Source: Octopus vulgaris (taxonomy: Eukaryota). Taken from it: DNA of 64,000 bases. The stretch is taken from positions 102,362,001 to 102,426,000 of the forward strand of contig OX597823.1 of NCBI GenBank assembly GCA_951406725.2. Direction: 5' to 3'. Shown piece by piece: positions 27,259 through 41,014 of this stretch; the first letter of the stretch is position 1, and every line of letters starts with the position of its first letter. The position numbers and the translations under genes were made by a program. The notes beneath the pieces were generated by a model, which ran no database searches, had not been told where the DNA came from, and saw only the letters and a program-made list of their open reading frames with translations.

Positions 27259-27496
27259 ATTTCTTTACTACCCACAAGGGGCTAAACACAGAGGGGAACG
27301 GGACAAACAAGGACAGACAAATGGATTAAGTCAATTATATCAACCCCAGTGCATAACTGGTACTTAATTTATCGACTCTGCAAGGATGAAAGGCAAAGTC
27401 GACCTTGGCAGAATTTGAACTCAGAACATAACGCTGGACAAAATATGGCTATGCATTTCACCCGGCGTGCTAACGTTTCTGCCAGCTCGGCACCTT
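27259..27496 (-). mobile_element. SINE (AAGGCGGCGAGCTGGCAGAA head family) with an 18-bp TSD
   Basis: GATACATAGTCAATACCT at 27241-27258 and 27497-27514; body matches 49141-49373. Confidence 0.9.
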
Positions 27497-28087
27497 GATA
27501 CATAGTCAATACCTGACTGACGAATATCTTACCAGTGGCATGCATACATTCAATTGTTGGTAATATGGGGGCACCGTTATACTGAACCTGCTACTAATCC
27601 TGTTATAAGTATAAACAGTTTTAGAACAATTAGAACATATCTTTGTCTGGCTCTTGGCGCTCTGAGTTCAAATCCTGCTGTAGTTCACTTTGCTCTTTAT
27701 ATTTTTCAGATCGATAAAGAAAAGTGCCAAATACTTTGTGGTGTCTTGTTTTGGCCATTTTATGTTCCAAGCTCAAATGTTGTTGAGCTCATCTTTCCCT
27801 TTCGTCTTTTCAGGATTGAGAAAAATAAACTACCAGTCATGTACTGGACTCAAATAAAACAATTAATCCTCTTCTCTCAAAATTTATTGCATTGTATCAG
27901 TGTATGAAATTATTATTCTGTCCCTGTCAGTTCTTATCAAATAGATCTATCATGTAGTGATAGGGATCATTAAAGTGGTGGTGATCAAAATGTTCACACT
28001 GGTAATGGTAGTGTTAGTGGCAGTAGCAGCAGTGGTTGTGGTGGTGATGGCAGTTGCTGTTGTTGTTGTGGTTGTGGTGGTTGTGAC

Positions 28088-28455
28088 TTTTTACCTCTGT
28101 CTTAGCGAAGGCAGAGGTATTGTTTTCGGTCACGTTTTTTTGTCCAAGGACAAGATATCTCAAGAACCGCTGGATGGATCCAGATAAAACTTTCAGGGAT
28201 GTTTGGCCTCGTAACTGGCACAAAATGATTAGATTTTGGGATCAGTCCAGTACCGGACAAAAATTCTGGATTATTTTTCTGGTTTTTTAACTTAATTTTT
28301 GAGAGCAGTTGGGTTCATTTTTAATATTCTCATTTGTGAGAGCTGTCAAGTTTATTTCAGATATTCTCATTTTAAAAATTGCCTCCAGCTAATTCTTGAG
28401 AGGATGTTGGTGTTGCCTTGGTGGAGGTTTGCCGCCTCTGAGTGCTCTTGTTTTT
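28088..28455 (+). mobile_element. Helentron/HINE-like non-autonomous element
   Basis: 5' TTTTACCTCTGTC..GGCAGAGGT fold-back, 3' sub-TIR GGTGGAGGT plus short stem-loop, T-rich flanks. Family assignment is by architecture only. Confidence 0.55.
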
Positions 28456-28530
28456 GTAATGTTTTTATTTGAACAACTGTTATTTAAATCTTTATTATTT
28501 TCTTTTTGCTTTTTTTTTTTGTGATTATAG

Positions 28531-28748
28531 AGTTTGGTCCATGTTCTGAAGAATCGTAAATGTTTGCAAGAACAAGAGGTACGTTACTACGTCAGGCAAC
28601 TGATCGATGGTGTGAAGTACATTCACAAGAACAAAATCATCCATAGAGATTTAAAACTTGGTAACATGTTTTTAAACAAAGACATGCAAGTAAAGATTGG
28701 AGATTTTGGTTTGGCAACTACCGTGAACCATGAAGGGGAAAAGAAAAT
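28531..28748 (+). CDS. PLK2/3: Polo-like kinase exon (catalytic loop, DFG)
   Basis: poly-T...tatag|AGT...AT|gtaagt; 218 nt, phase 0/2; [72 protein letters not shown](M). Confidence 0.97.
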
Positions 28749-30703
28749 GTAAGTATTTGGAGCAACCATACAGAAGCATGCTTATTGTTGTTGTTTAACC
28801 CTAGGCCAGCTATGACCAAAAGATCTATAATTGAAAATGTTCTAGCCATGACCATCACACCTTTTTCAGACATTATAACTAGTTTTACATTATTCAATGT
28901 GTCTATTTGGGGAGAGGAAGATTTGGCTAATGTTTCTTACATAAAGGTTCGTGAGTTAGTTTGTTGTTGTTGTTTTGTTTAGCACCAAGTCAGCCCTGAT
29001 CTAGCAGACTGTTATCTACATCACAATGTGTGTGTGTGATGATGATGCTGGGTGAGGTGTAAACATACTTAGTAACATGACACATCATATGTACTTCACA
29101 GAAAGCAGACACCTTTCACAACCAGCTGGATGAAATTATCTTTTGAGGACAGCCACTTTAAAGTGCTCGACTTAGAATTAACCTTATCAAGTATCATATG
29201 CCGGCTCCCTTCATGACTTCAGGTTTCTAGAGTGATTACTCTATAGAGAAATAGTTCATAGTAAGCATACCCAACACAAAAGCAAAAATGAGATTCCATG
29301 ACATCACAAAACGACCTTAAGTCCTTGAGTACTGTTACACAGAACAGAAGCAAACAGTCTATAATTTGGAATAATAACTTGCTGTTTGATAAAATTTGAA
29401 TTGCCCATCAAATAGTGAAACATAAAGCCTAAAAACTACTGGGTATTGAAGTCCTGCTTGGTAAAAGGTTCTGAAATAATCTCTCTTGTGCAATCTCTGG
29501 TCACACTGCATTTTCTAAATCTGGACTTGTCATCCATGAAAGGGTACATATTGGCAGACTAACATGGGGTACTTATTTACATAGACTTCAGTGGCACCAC
29601 AGACTTAACATTTTATCTTAGTGAGGTATTTTTCTCTAATTTGCTCAACAAATATTTATATGTATTATGGAATTATTTGGGGCTACAATATTAGGAATAA
29701 ACAGAATGGGCCACTTTCCAATTCATAATATAAAGGAAATATGTGTGATTTTCCTTCATAGCTACAGAACTTTCTGTCTAAAGGTTCATCTAGCGTTGGC
29801 CTGAAAATCCGTTTTGGATAAATGCACAAGAGTAATGCCGCTGTTAATGGGATTCTTAACAAAGTTATGTACATCATCATTGTCATCATCGTTGTCGTCA
29901 TCATTACCATCATAATCATCAACATTTAACATGTTTTCCAAGCTGGCATGAGTTGGACAGCTTGATATGTGTATGCAAGGCCAGGTTCCATAGACTGTTT
30001 TTGGCACCCACACCAATGCTTTTTTTTTTGTGTCACCTTGCTTTGAGGATCCCAATTCTGTTGTGGTTGGCAGATCTTCTTGAGTTCTACATTTGTCATA
30101 AAGACATTTAAAACAAACCCTGAGCCAGGTAGTCAGTAATCTGAGGGCCCGTGATAGAAATTATTCTCAAACTAAAGTGGTTATGCTTGATGTTGAGTTG
30201 ACAAACACCATATATAATCCTGCCTTATACCTACAAAATTAATTATATTATATTTACATTCTTGAGATAATTTTGTAACAAAAATAATGTAAACAAATTT
30301 TAAAAAAATAAATAGAAAAAAAGGAAGCAGTCAGAAAAGTTGCTCTATATTTTTTGTGTGTTGAGGTGTAAAAAAACTGCATAAAAATAGGACAAACTGA
30401 ATTTGTCTTTTTTGTGAAGAAACACCTAAAATGGGTTGATTTACTAAGAGTTGATGTTCGTTGCTCAACCGTTAAGAACAATGTTCAACAATAAACATAA
30501 CTGTAAATCGGTCATCTGGAAATTTTGGACAGAACAAGGAGGTGGGGATGAAATGTAAGGTATGGTGTTATAAGACTAACGAATTTTTCTCTCTTCCTCG
30601 CTCTCTGCCCACTCCCTCCTCTTCTTCTCTGTCTGCCTCTGAGATATATAGTTATACATACACATACATGCACACACATACATATATATAATATATATAT
30701 ATA

Positions 30704-31126
30704 GGCGCAGGAGTGGCTGTGTGGTAAGTAGCTTGCTAACCAACCACATGGTTCTGGGTTCAGTCCCACTGCATGGCACCTTGGGCAAGTGTTTTCTACT
30801 ATAGCCTCGGGCCGACCAAAGCCTTGTGAGTGGATTTGGTAGACGGAAACTGATAGAAGCCCGTTGTATATATGTATATATATATATATGTGTGTGTGCG
30901 TGTATGTTTGTGTGTCTGTGTTTGTCCCCCTAGCATTGCAATACAACCGATGCTGGTGTGTTGATGTCCCCGTCACTTAGCGGTTCGGCATAAGAGACCG
31001 ATAGAATAAGTACTGGGCTTACAAAGAATAAGTCCCGGGGTCAATTTGCTCGACTAAAGGCGGTGCTCCAGCACGGCCGCAGTCAAATGACTGAAACAAG
31101 TAAAAGAGTAAAAGAGTAAAAAGAGT
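30704..31126 (+). mobile_element. Full-length tRNA-derived SINE
   Basis: GGCGCAGGAGTGGCTGTGTGGTAAG (A box), GGTTCAGTCCC (B box), CCTTGGGCAAGT core, internal (TA/TG)n and (GTAAAAGA)n tail; many partial copies across the window. Confidence 0.88.
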
Positions 31127-31180
31127 ATATATATATACCTACACTCATGTGCACACACACAGATATATGATATATATATG

Positions 31181-31211
<31 letters not shown>

Positions 31212-31692
31212 CATCATCATCATCATCGTTTAGCGTCCGTTTTCCATGCTAGCATGGATATATATATATATATATATATATATCATCATCATCATCGTTT
31301 AACGTCCGCTTTCCATGCTGGCATGGGTTGGACGATTTGACTGAGGTTTGGCGAACCAGATGGCTGCACCAGGCTCCAATCTGATCTGGCAGAGTTTCTA
31401 CAGCTGGATGCCCTTCCTAATGCCAACCACTCCGAGAGTGTAGTGGATGCTTTTATGTGCCACTGGCACGAGTACCAGTCAGGTGGCACTGGCAGTGACC
31501 TCGCTCAAATGGTGCTTTTTATGTGCCACCTGCACAGGAGCCAGTCCAGCAGCACTGACAAAAACCTTGCTCGAATGTTTTCTTTCACGTGCCATCAGCA
31601 CAAGTGCTAGTAAGGCAACGCAGATATATATGTGTATCATTGGCAATTTTTTTCCCTCTGTCTTCCCTTCCTTGGACCTTTCCTTTTTCTAT

Positions 31693-31727
31693 GTTTCTGA
31701 TGAAAAGCTCCGCTCGAAACGTTAAAT
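31693..31727 (+). ncRNA. Minimal type I hammerhead ribozyme motif (Penelope-like)
   Basis: GUUU-CUGAUGA-a-AAGC UCC GCUC-GAAA-C-GUU-AAAU; loopless palindromic stem III (AACGUU). Confidence 0.65.
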
Positions 31728-31812
31728 TCTCCTTCTTTCTTTCCTTCCCTGAGCGTCCAATAACACTATACTTGTTCCACGTCCTCGCGTTGTTGTGTCT
31801 TCTCTTTGTCCA

Positions 31813-31848
<36 letters not shown>

Positions 31849-33370
31849 CACACACATGCATGTTTGCACACGCACACACACACGGATGGATATGTGTGTG
31901 CGTGTGTGTATGGAAAGTTAGATAATGAGGATTTGCAATGAATCATGAGGGTAAGAGAGAACTTAGTATATTTACATGTACATTTATATTCTTATGAAAA
32001 TACCCCAGGAGTTACTCAAGATCCTTAAGTTTGAAAAGTGTTATATGAAACTTGAAAGCCTTGAGTAACTTCTGAAGTTTGCTGTACAGTCATGAGGTTG
32101 TAGCTTTGATCTCCTTACTTGGATCCATCTACCTAAGTTTATTAAGAAAAAACTTTAAGTGAGCTGCACTTTTAATTCTAACTATCAGACTTGTTATCTG
32201 CTGTGTTAGATTTATTCTTAAAATTACATTAACAGTAAGAAGCTTGCTTCCCAACCACCTAGTTCCAGGTTCAGTCCCACTGCATGGGTAAATGTCTTCT
32301 ATAACCTTGGACTGACCAAAGTCTTGTGAGTGGATTTGGTAGGTGGAAACTGAAGGAAACCCATTGTATGTGTACATATATATATGTGTGTCTGTGTAAC
32401 TGTGTTTGTCTTCTGCCAACACTTGACAATCGGTATCGGTGTGCTTATATTCCCATAAGCAAAAGAGATCGATAGAATAAGTACCAGGTTGATTCACTTG
32501 ATTAAAAAAGAGGTTCTTCAAGAATGCCCCAGCATGACTGAAACAAGAAAAAAGAATTTAACCCAGTTAAACTTTTCTTGCTTCCATATGCAAAATGTGT
32601 TTACTCTTGTAAACAGGACACGTGAGTATTATAAATATTGAATAACAATCTCCTATTATTATCTTACTGATAACATGACATTAAAGATAGCAGAAGATAG
32701 AGAAGTAGGTCTCAGCATGTGGGATAGAAAATAGACTTAGCTTTACTCTTGATGAACTTGTCAATGGAAACCTGCTTCACAATAATCTTCTCCCCATTCC
32801 ACCACAATAACTTCAGTCTCTAGAAAAATCAAGATTTTTTTCTGATAGAGCTCTGAAAAAGTGTCCAGGTGCAGACATGGTTGTGTGGTTAAGAAGTTTG
32901 CTGTGCAACCACAGGGTTTCAGGTTCAGTCCCACTGCATGGCAAGTGTCTTCAACTACAGTCCCAGTCCAACCAATGTCTTGTGAGTCAATTTAGTTTTT
33001 AAGAAACTGGTGGAAGCCCATCGTGTATGTGTGTATGTGTGTGTGTGTACGTGTGTTTGTTCCCAACCACTTGACAACTGGTTTTAGTTTGTTTATGTCC
33101 CTGTAACAGTGGTTCAGCAAAAAAGACTGACATGATAAGTACCAAATTTTAAAACTAAGTACTTGAGTCACTTTGTTTGACTAAACCCTTTGAAGCAGTG
33201 CCCCAGCATGGCCACTGTCCAATGACTAAAAGAAAACGCCTTTATCAAATCTGATGAAAATCTTGTGTTTTATTAATACTGTAAAATACCTGTCCTTCTA
33301 ACCAGAACAATGATTAAATGCCAACGCCCATATCGGTAAGATTTGCTGGAGTTGCTGCTGCTGTTTGTTG

Positions 33371-33721
33371 AGCGAAGCGGTCTTCGGCCTAGAAGTCCAA
33401 AACGTGGTCCTTAGCTATTCGTAAGACCCGCAGAAGAGAAAGCAGGTCAACCCCTGACACCGAGAGCATCAATGGATGGATGAATGCGCATCCAGGCTCA
33501 GCGGTTGCATAGGAAGTCGGGGACAAGAAACAGGAAGAAAGAGTGAGAGAAAGTTGGGCCGAAAGAGCACAACAGGGGTCGCCACCACTCCCTGCTGGAG
33601 CTTCGTGGAGCTTTAGGTGTTTTCGCTCAATAAACACACACAACACCCGGTCAGGGAATCGAAACCGCGATCCTCCGACCGCAAGTCTGCTGCCCTAACC
33701 ATTGGGCCATTGTGCCTCCAC
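33371..33721 (-). mobile_element. tRNA-derived SINE
   Basis: Same head as 8145-8455, different 3' portion. Confidence 0.8.
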
Positions 33722-34004
33722 TTGGTGTTGCTGCTGTTGTCTACCTCAGAAAAATAACATTTTCAGACATTTATCTTAGTCTTCATTTAAATAATCAAAA
33801 TGGGATGTGAAATTCAATGTTGGCTGACATGTTTAGGGCACTCCATTTGATAAATTACATTCTTAGATTTGAGCATGCTGCTTACTCTCTGTCTCTTATA
33901 AAATATATTTAGTTATGAGTATGTCAACAATTGCTGTACATAACGTGTTCAATTATGACCCTAACGATACGTCATTCAAAATTATATAAATGATATATGT
34001 GTTA

Positions 34005-34219
34005 CTGTTCTATATTTAAGAGATGAGGAATTATGTACATTATTTACATTCAACAGATATTTGTCCTCATCTTGTTTGTTGTTAACACGTTTCAGCTTAA
34101 CCACCACGCCATATGCCCACGGGCATATGGGCATGGGCATAGTGGTTAAGAGCGCAGCTATTAAACCCAAGATTCCGAGTTCAATTCCAAGCAGTGACCT
34201 GAATACTAACAACAACAAC

Positions 34220-34253
<34 letters not shown>

Positions 34254-34391
34254 TCAAAAAATACCTTAGGAATGAGAACCCAGGTTCGAAATTTTCCCAA
34301 GACACCTGAAGAAGGCTGGAGGGCATATCAGCCAAAACATGTTAACAACAAACAAGATGAGGACAAATATCCGTCAAATGTAAATACTGTA
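34005..34391 (+). mobile_element. tRNA-headed element with a decayed hammerhead and an inverted partial copy
   Basis: A box TAGTGGTT and B box GAGTTCAATTCC (34140-34189), (AAT)n, CTGAAGA-a-GGCTG..CAGCC-AAAAC (34306-34338); 34036-34097 is an inverted copy of 34330-34391. Confidence 0.65.
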
Positions 34392-34996
34392 AATAATTTA
34401 TATGTTTTACATTTGCTATCTCTAACCGCCTTCATATTAAAGAATTATTAATTCTTCTACTCTCTCTATAGTAATATCTTCAGATAGCAGATATGGTTAT
34501 AAGGCATAGTTTATTTCTTGTTTGTTTGTACATGTGTGTATGCATGTGTGTGTGTATGTGTGTGTGTCCATGTGTTTCATTTTGTCTTGTTTGTTTTGCT
34601 TTTGCCTATTTATGTTGTAATATATTGGAATGACCTATCCTGTTTATCGCTGATTTTTCTAGCTCAACTGATAAATTCAAACACCACACTAATTATCAGT
34701 TATTCAATCATATTTCTTTGACACATCAAAGAAGAAGTAGTTACAATCCTAGGAAACTTAGAGACAATCTGGGTCAACACAAAAAACAGATGTTGGTAAA
34801 ATAAATTGAGTTTCAGTGCCACAAGGAGGAAAAGGTCTTCGCCTGAAAGGTCAAGACTTTCATATCTTCACAGCACACAAACTATTTTTGATGGTCTGTG
34901 GCCTGAATTAAACAGAAATTATCTGAAGCAATCGCTAAAATTCTTAGACGCTAAGCAGTAATGGAAATGAGTGGATTAAAAGTCAATATGTCGTCG

Positions 34997-35034
<38 letters not shown>

Positions 35035-35604
35035 GTCATCGTCATCATCATCATCATCATAATCATCATCGTCATCATCATCATCATCACCATCGTCATT
35101 TAATGTCCCTTTTTCTGTTCTGGTGTGGGTTGGACAGTTTAACATGAACTAATAAGCCAGAGGGATGTATTGAGTTCCAATATCTGCTTTGGCATGGTTT
35201 CTACAGTTGGATGCCCTTCCTAACTCCAGCCAATTCACAGAGTGTCCTGGGTACTTTTTCATGACACCAGCACTGGTGAATTCATCAAGTACCCCATCAA
35301 GAGAAGACCTCCCCCTCCCCCCCCCTAACACTTTAGTGAGTGGGGTACAGTATTGAGGTGTAAGAAAATATGATAGAGAAGCAGGAGCAGGTATCTTGCT
35401 GAAAAGGTGAATACATGGTTTGCTTATATGGAAGAGAGAGAGAGAGAGAGTGTGTGTGTGTGTGTGTGTGGAGAGGGAGGGAGATGTGAGGTCAAGATAT
35501 GAGGTGAATATGAAGGACAGAATATAAAAGAGAGGCAGAAAAGGTGGATGTGTAGACAAGTGCATTAGAGTGAGAGGGACTTATAAACATGCTCCACGCT
35601 GAAA

Positions 35605-35649
<45 letters not shown>

Positions 35650-35748
35650 ATATGTATGTATATGTATATATATATATATAAATATGTATGTATATGTATA
35701 TATATACATATATATATATATATAAATATGTATGTATGTATGTATATG

Positions 35749-35815
<67 letters not shown>

Positions 35816-35856
35816 TATATAAATATGTATGTATATGTATATATATACATATATAT

Positions 35857-36951
35857 CATCATCATCATCATCATCATCATCGTTTAGCGTCTGTTTTCCA
35901 TGCTAGCATGGGTTGGACGGTTCTACTGGGGTCTGTGAAGCCAGAAGGCTTCATCAGGCCCAGTCAAATCTGGCAGTGTTTCTACGGCTGGATGCCCTTC
36001 CTAACGCCAACCACTCCGTGAGTGTAGTGGGTGCTTTTTATGTGCCACCCGCACTGGGGCCAGACAGAGCTGGCAAACGGCCACGAACGGATGGTGCTTT
36101 TTATGTGCCACCGGCACGAGGGCCAGGCAAGGCTGGCAACGGACACGAAACGGGGCGGTGCTGGCAACGGTCGCGAAACGGAAAGTTCTCTTACATGCCA
36201 CTGGCACTGGTAACACATCTGCAATTTCCATTGATCGATTTCCATTCTGATCCTCACTTGCCTCAACGGGTCTTCACAAGCAGAGTTTTGACATGCCACC
36301 GGCACTGGTAGCACATCCGCAATTTCCATTGATCGATTTCGATTCTGATCCTCACTTGCCTCAACACGTCTTCACAAGTAGAGTTTTGTGTCCCATGAAG
36401 GGAAGGTATGCATACGTAGGCCAGCTCCATCCCATGTAGAAGGCCACGGGTTATGGACTCACTTGTCCTGCCGGGTCTTCTCGCGCACAGCACACTTCCA
36501 GAGGTCTCGGTCTCTAGTCATTTCCTCAGTGAGACCTAAAGTTCGAAGGTCGTGCTTCACCACCTCGTCCCAGGTTTTCCTGGGTCTGCCTCTTCCACAG
36601 GTTCCCTCAACCGCTAGGGTGTGGCACTTTTTCACACAACTATCTTCATCCATTCTCACCACATGACCATACCAGCGCAAACGTCTCTCTTGCACACCAC
36701 AACTGATGCTTCTTAGGTCCAGCTTTTCTCTCAAGGTACTTACACTCTGCCGAGTGTGAGTACCGGCATTACACATCCATCGGAGCATACTGGCTTCATT
36801 TCTAGCGAGCTTACGCATATCCTCAGCAGTCACGGCCCATGTTTCACTGCCATGTAGCATGGCTGTTCGTACACACGCATCATACAGTCTGCCTTTCACT
36901 CTGTGCGAGAGGCCTTTTGTCACCAGCAGAGGTAAGAGCTCTCTGAACTTT
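35857..36951 (-). mobile_element. 5'-truncated RTE-clade LINE (ORF C-terminus, 3' UTR, (GAT)n tail)
   Basis: Uninterrupted frame at 36459-36951: [20 protein letters not shown]...[12 protein letters not shown]...[13 protein letters not shown]...DRDLW, typical of the RTE C-terminus. Confidence 0.92.
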
Positions 36952-36954
36952 ATA

Positions 36955-36992
<38 letters not shown>

Positions 36993-37008
36993 TGTATGTA
37001 TGTATATG

Positions 37009-37107
<99 letters not shown>

Positions 37108-37112
37108 GTATG

Positions 37113-37148
<36 letters not shown>

Positions 37149-37169
37149 AATATATGTATGTATATATAA

Positions 37170-37226
<57 letters not shown>

Positions 37227-37428
37227 TTTATGTATTTCATCATGTTGAACTACTGTTACTCCCAACACATTTTTTCCTCTCTCCATTGTTTTTCATTCCT
37301 TCTAATCCTTTCTATTGAAGAGGGCAGACTCAAAACATCAAAGACTTTTCCTGAGCATTGAACTAATACACCTGCTTGTTGTTCCCTCACTTGTCTTCAT
37401 CTTTTATTTTCTGTAAATTTGAACTATG

Positions 37429-37462
<34 letters not shown>

Positions 37463-37544
37463 GGTCCCGGGTTGAGTCGGGGTTAACCACAGTAAATAAG
37501 GTACTCAATACATAGCAGAGTAAATTAATTTATTATATAGAAGG

Positions 37545-37595
37545 AACTTCTACAGGACTAGAACTGTTTCATTCAAAAGAAATCATCAGGAAGCT
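37545..37595 (-). ncRNA. Type I hammerhead ribozyme motif
   Basis: Reverse-complement copy of 39727-39777, with one G.U pair in stem I. Confidence 0.75.
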
Positions 37596-38917
37596 AGTAG
37601 ACAAGAGTTGTTTTGGCATTTATACATTTAGGCAGGTTTAAATGGGTGGTGGGGGGGGACTTTTTTGGGGTAGGCATGGCGCAAAACTGTCATTATTAGG
37701 GGAGTGGTCAAAGGAATGGGTGGTAAAGTAGATAAAAGAATAAATAAAAGAATAAAAGAATAAATAGAAAAATAGAGTTTTAGGTAAGTAAGGAGACTCT
37801 CACTTGTACATCTACATATATATATATATATATATATATACACCCACATATTCACATATATCTATATATATACATACATACCCATATATACATACATATA
37901 TATATATATACATACATATACATATATATATACATATACATACATATATATACACATACCCATGTACATACACACAAATACACATATACATACATATATA
38001 TACATATATGTATACACACTCGCACATATATATACATACACACATATACACATGCATATACATGCACACACATACACACACATTTTTACTCCCTTATTTT
38101 AATTTTATTATTACTTTTGTTTATATCTTTATTTTTATCTTGACCTCGGTCAACCGGTCTCAAGGGATGATCTAAAGAGTCCATTTATCTATCTACTCAC
38201 TGATACGAACGCAAACACTCACTCACGCCCACACACTCACACGTACACTCATACCCATACACACACGCACGTGTTATATTCATACACACATACATCTACA
38301 TACATTCACGTATATTCACATACGTACACGTACCTACTGATTCATATCTACACGCATACACATACATACCTCAATACACCCACAGAAGACTAGTCCATAC
38401 ATGTACACTAATAAATATATATACACATATACACATACACATACATACACATACATACATATACATACACATATACATATATATATACATATATATACAT
38501 ATACATATACATACACATATACATTCATACATATATACACATACACACATATATATATATGCGTACACATACACACACACACACGCGCATCTATATATAC
38601 ACATAAGTACATACATGCATAAATGTATACATATGTCTATACATATGCATACACATCCACACACACACGCGCCTCCTTATGTTCATAAATACATACATGC
38701 ATACAGACATATACATATATACATACATGCATACTCAAATAATAATAATAAATATATATACGTGCAGTTACCCATTATACAGACGGATACATACATATAA
38801 ACATACACATATATACCTATTTATACATATGTATATATACATACATACATACACACATAACTCTACATACCTACATATACATAAACACACAAGCGTACCC
38901 ATATATATATATATATA

Positions 38918-38953
<36 letters not shown>

Positions 38954-39036
38954 TACATATATACAGATATACACACACATACACACATATATACATTTAC
39001 ACACACATTTACACATATATATACACATACATATAC

Positions 39037-39087
<51 letters not shown>

Positions 39088-39461
39088 AGCACATACATGC
39101 ATAAATGTATACATATGTTTATACAAATGCATACACATACACACACTCATGCGCCTCCTTATATACATAAATACATACATGCATACAAACGCATACTCAT
39201 GTAATAAATAATGAATAATAAATAATAGATATATATACACATGCAGTTACCCTTATGAGTGTATGTATATATATGTGCGAGTGTGTATACATATATGTAT
39301 ATATATGTATGTATATGTGTATTTGTGTGTATGTACATGGGTATGTGTATATATATGTATGTATATGTATATATATATGTATATGTATGTATATATATAT
39401 ATATGTATGTATATATGGGTATGTATGTATATATATAGATATATGTGAATATGTGGGTGTG

Positions 39462-39508
<47 letters not shown>

Positions 39509-39726
39509 GATGTACAAGTGAGAGTCTCCTTACTAACCTAAAACTCTATTTTTCTATTTATTCTTTTATTCTTTTATTTATTCTTTTATCTACTTTACCA
39601 CCCATTCCTTTGACCACTCCCCTAATAATGACAGTTTTGCGCCATGCCTACCCCCAAAAAAGTCCCCCACCACCACCCATTTAAACCTGCCTAAATGTAT
39701 AAATGCCAAAACAACTCTTATCTACT

Positions 39727-39777
39727 AGCTTCCTGATGATTTCTTTTGAATGAAACAGTTCTAGTCCTGTAGAAGCT
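39727..39777 (+). ncRNA. Type I hammerhead ribozyme motif
   Basis: AGCUUC-CUGAUGA-UUUC UUUU GAAU-GAAA-CAG UUCUAGUC CU-GUA^GAAGCU: 6-bp stem I, 4-bp stem III, GUA triplet, predicted cut after 39771. Confidence 0.8.
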
Positions 39778-39788
39778 CCTTCTATATA

Positions 39789-39836
<48 letters not shown>

Positions 39837-39984
39837 AATGGATGAATGAATTATCCTTTGTTTACTGTTAACATGGAAAATTCAATAAACCGTTACCAGG
39901 GTAGCAAAATTCACGCAAGTAACAAGGATGTAGCGAACTATTCAAAGGTAGAAACTCCAGGTGAATGTGGAGTAATTTGTGTAG

Positions 39985-40190
39985 TATAAGTAAATAAATG
40001 CAGTTGAACACAGGTGTTATTCAAATTCTTTTACTTTCGACATGTTTCGAAGACAACATTGGTTTTATTCCATTTTACACCGTTTTACACCGTTTATTCC
40101 TTTGGAATAAAACCAATGTTGTCTTCGAAACATGTCGAAAGTAAAAGAATTTGAATAATACCTGCGTTCAACTGCATTTATTTACTTATA
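39985..40190. repeat. 88-bp-arm fold-back (inverted repeat)
   Basis: 39985-40072 vs 40103-40190; 2 mismatches by eye; 30-nt spacer. Confidence 0.95.
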
Positions 40191-40590
40191 TAGCTCCATG
40201 TCAAAAAGTCCAACCCATAACAGATTGGAAAGAGGACAAGCAATGATGATGATGATGATTATATATATGTGTGTGTGTGTGTGTGTAAATATACATATAC
40301 ACATACACACATTACATATAGACATACATACACACAGACACACACACACACACATTTCTACATTATCACTGTAGAGGAAGTAGTTTGTCCGTTCCTCTGG
40401 AGCAGCAAATTTTTTTTAAAAGCGAGTGCATCATTTCCTCCCACTGACCACTCAGTCATGAGAAATGCAATGAGTGGAATTTCAGTCTTCTGAGAAAAGC
40501 AGGAACAAAAGAAAAACCTCACCTTTGAATTAATGAATAAATTCTGTTATTTATATTGAGCGTTTTCTTTGTCAACTTTCGCTATTCAGA

Positions 40591-40745
<155 letters not shown>

Positions 40746-40851
40746 CTTCCTCTATCTCTATTTCTCTCTTTCCTCTCTCTCCCTCTCATACATACATATT
40801 ACAGACATAACTATGTATGGATACATAGACACATCTTACATGCACGCACAC

Positions 40852-40893
<42 letters not shown>

Positions 40894-40983
40894 GCACATT
40901 TATATAAATGTCCAACCCATACCAGTACTAGAAAATGATGATGATGGCTGGTGAAAATGATTATATATGTTATGTACGAGTTC

Positions 40984-41014
<31 letters not shown>

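Larger units (their letters stand above)
37460..39791 (-). mobile_element. Non-coding Penelope-like/retrozyme-like element with an inverted terminal duplication
   Basis: 37531-38041 and 39259-39791 are near-identical inverted arms, each holding a hammerhead motif; the microsatellite-rich spacer has a direct repeat (~38610-38775 vs ~39090-39253). Confidence 0.72.

Noticed and set aside
33650-33721. tRNA-like sequences (also 8385-8455, 30704-30775 and 34132-34189)
   Set aside because: They have A/B boxes but no complete cloverleaf and continue into repeat bodies, so they are SINE heads rather than tRNA genes.
37305-37345. Hammerhead-like TTGAAGA...CTC AAAAC ATC AAAGA
   Set aside because: Both core halves are mutated and the stems are poor; probably a relic, but not callable as a ribozyme.
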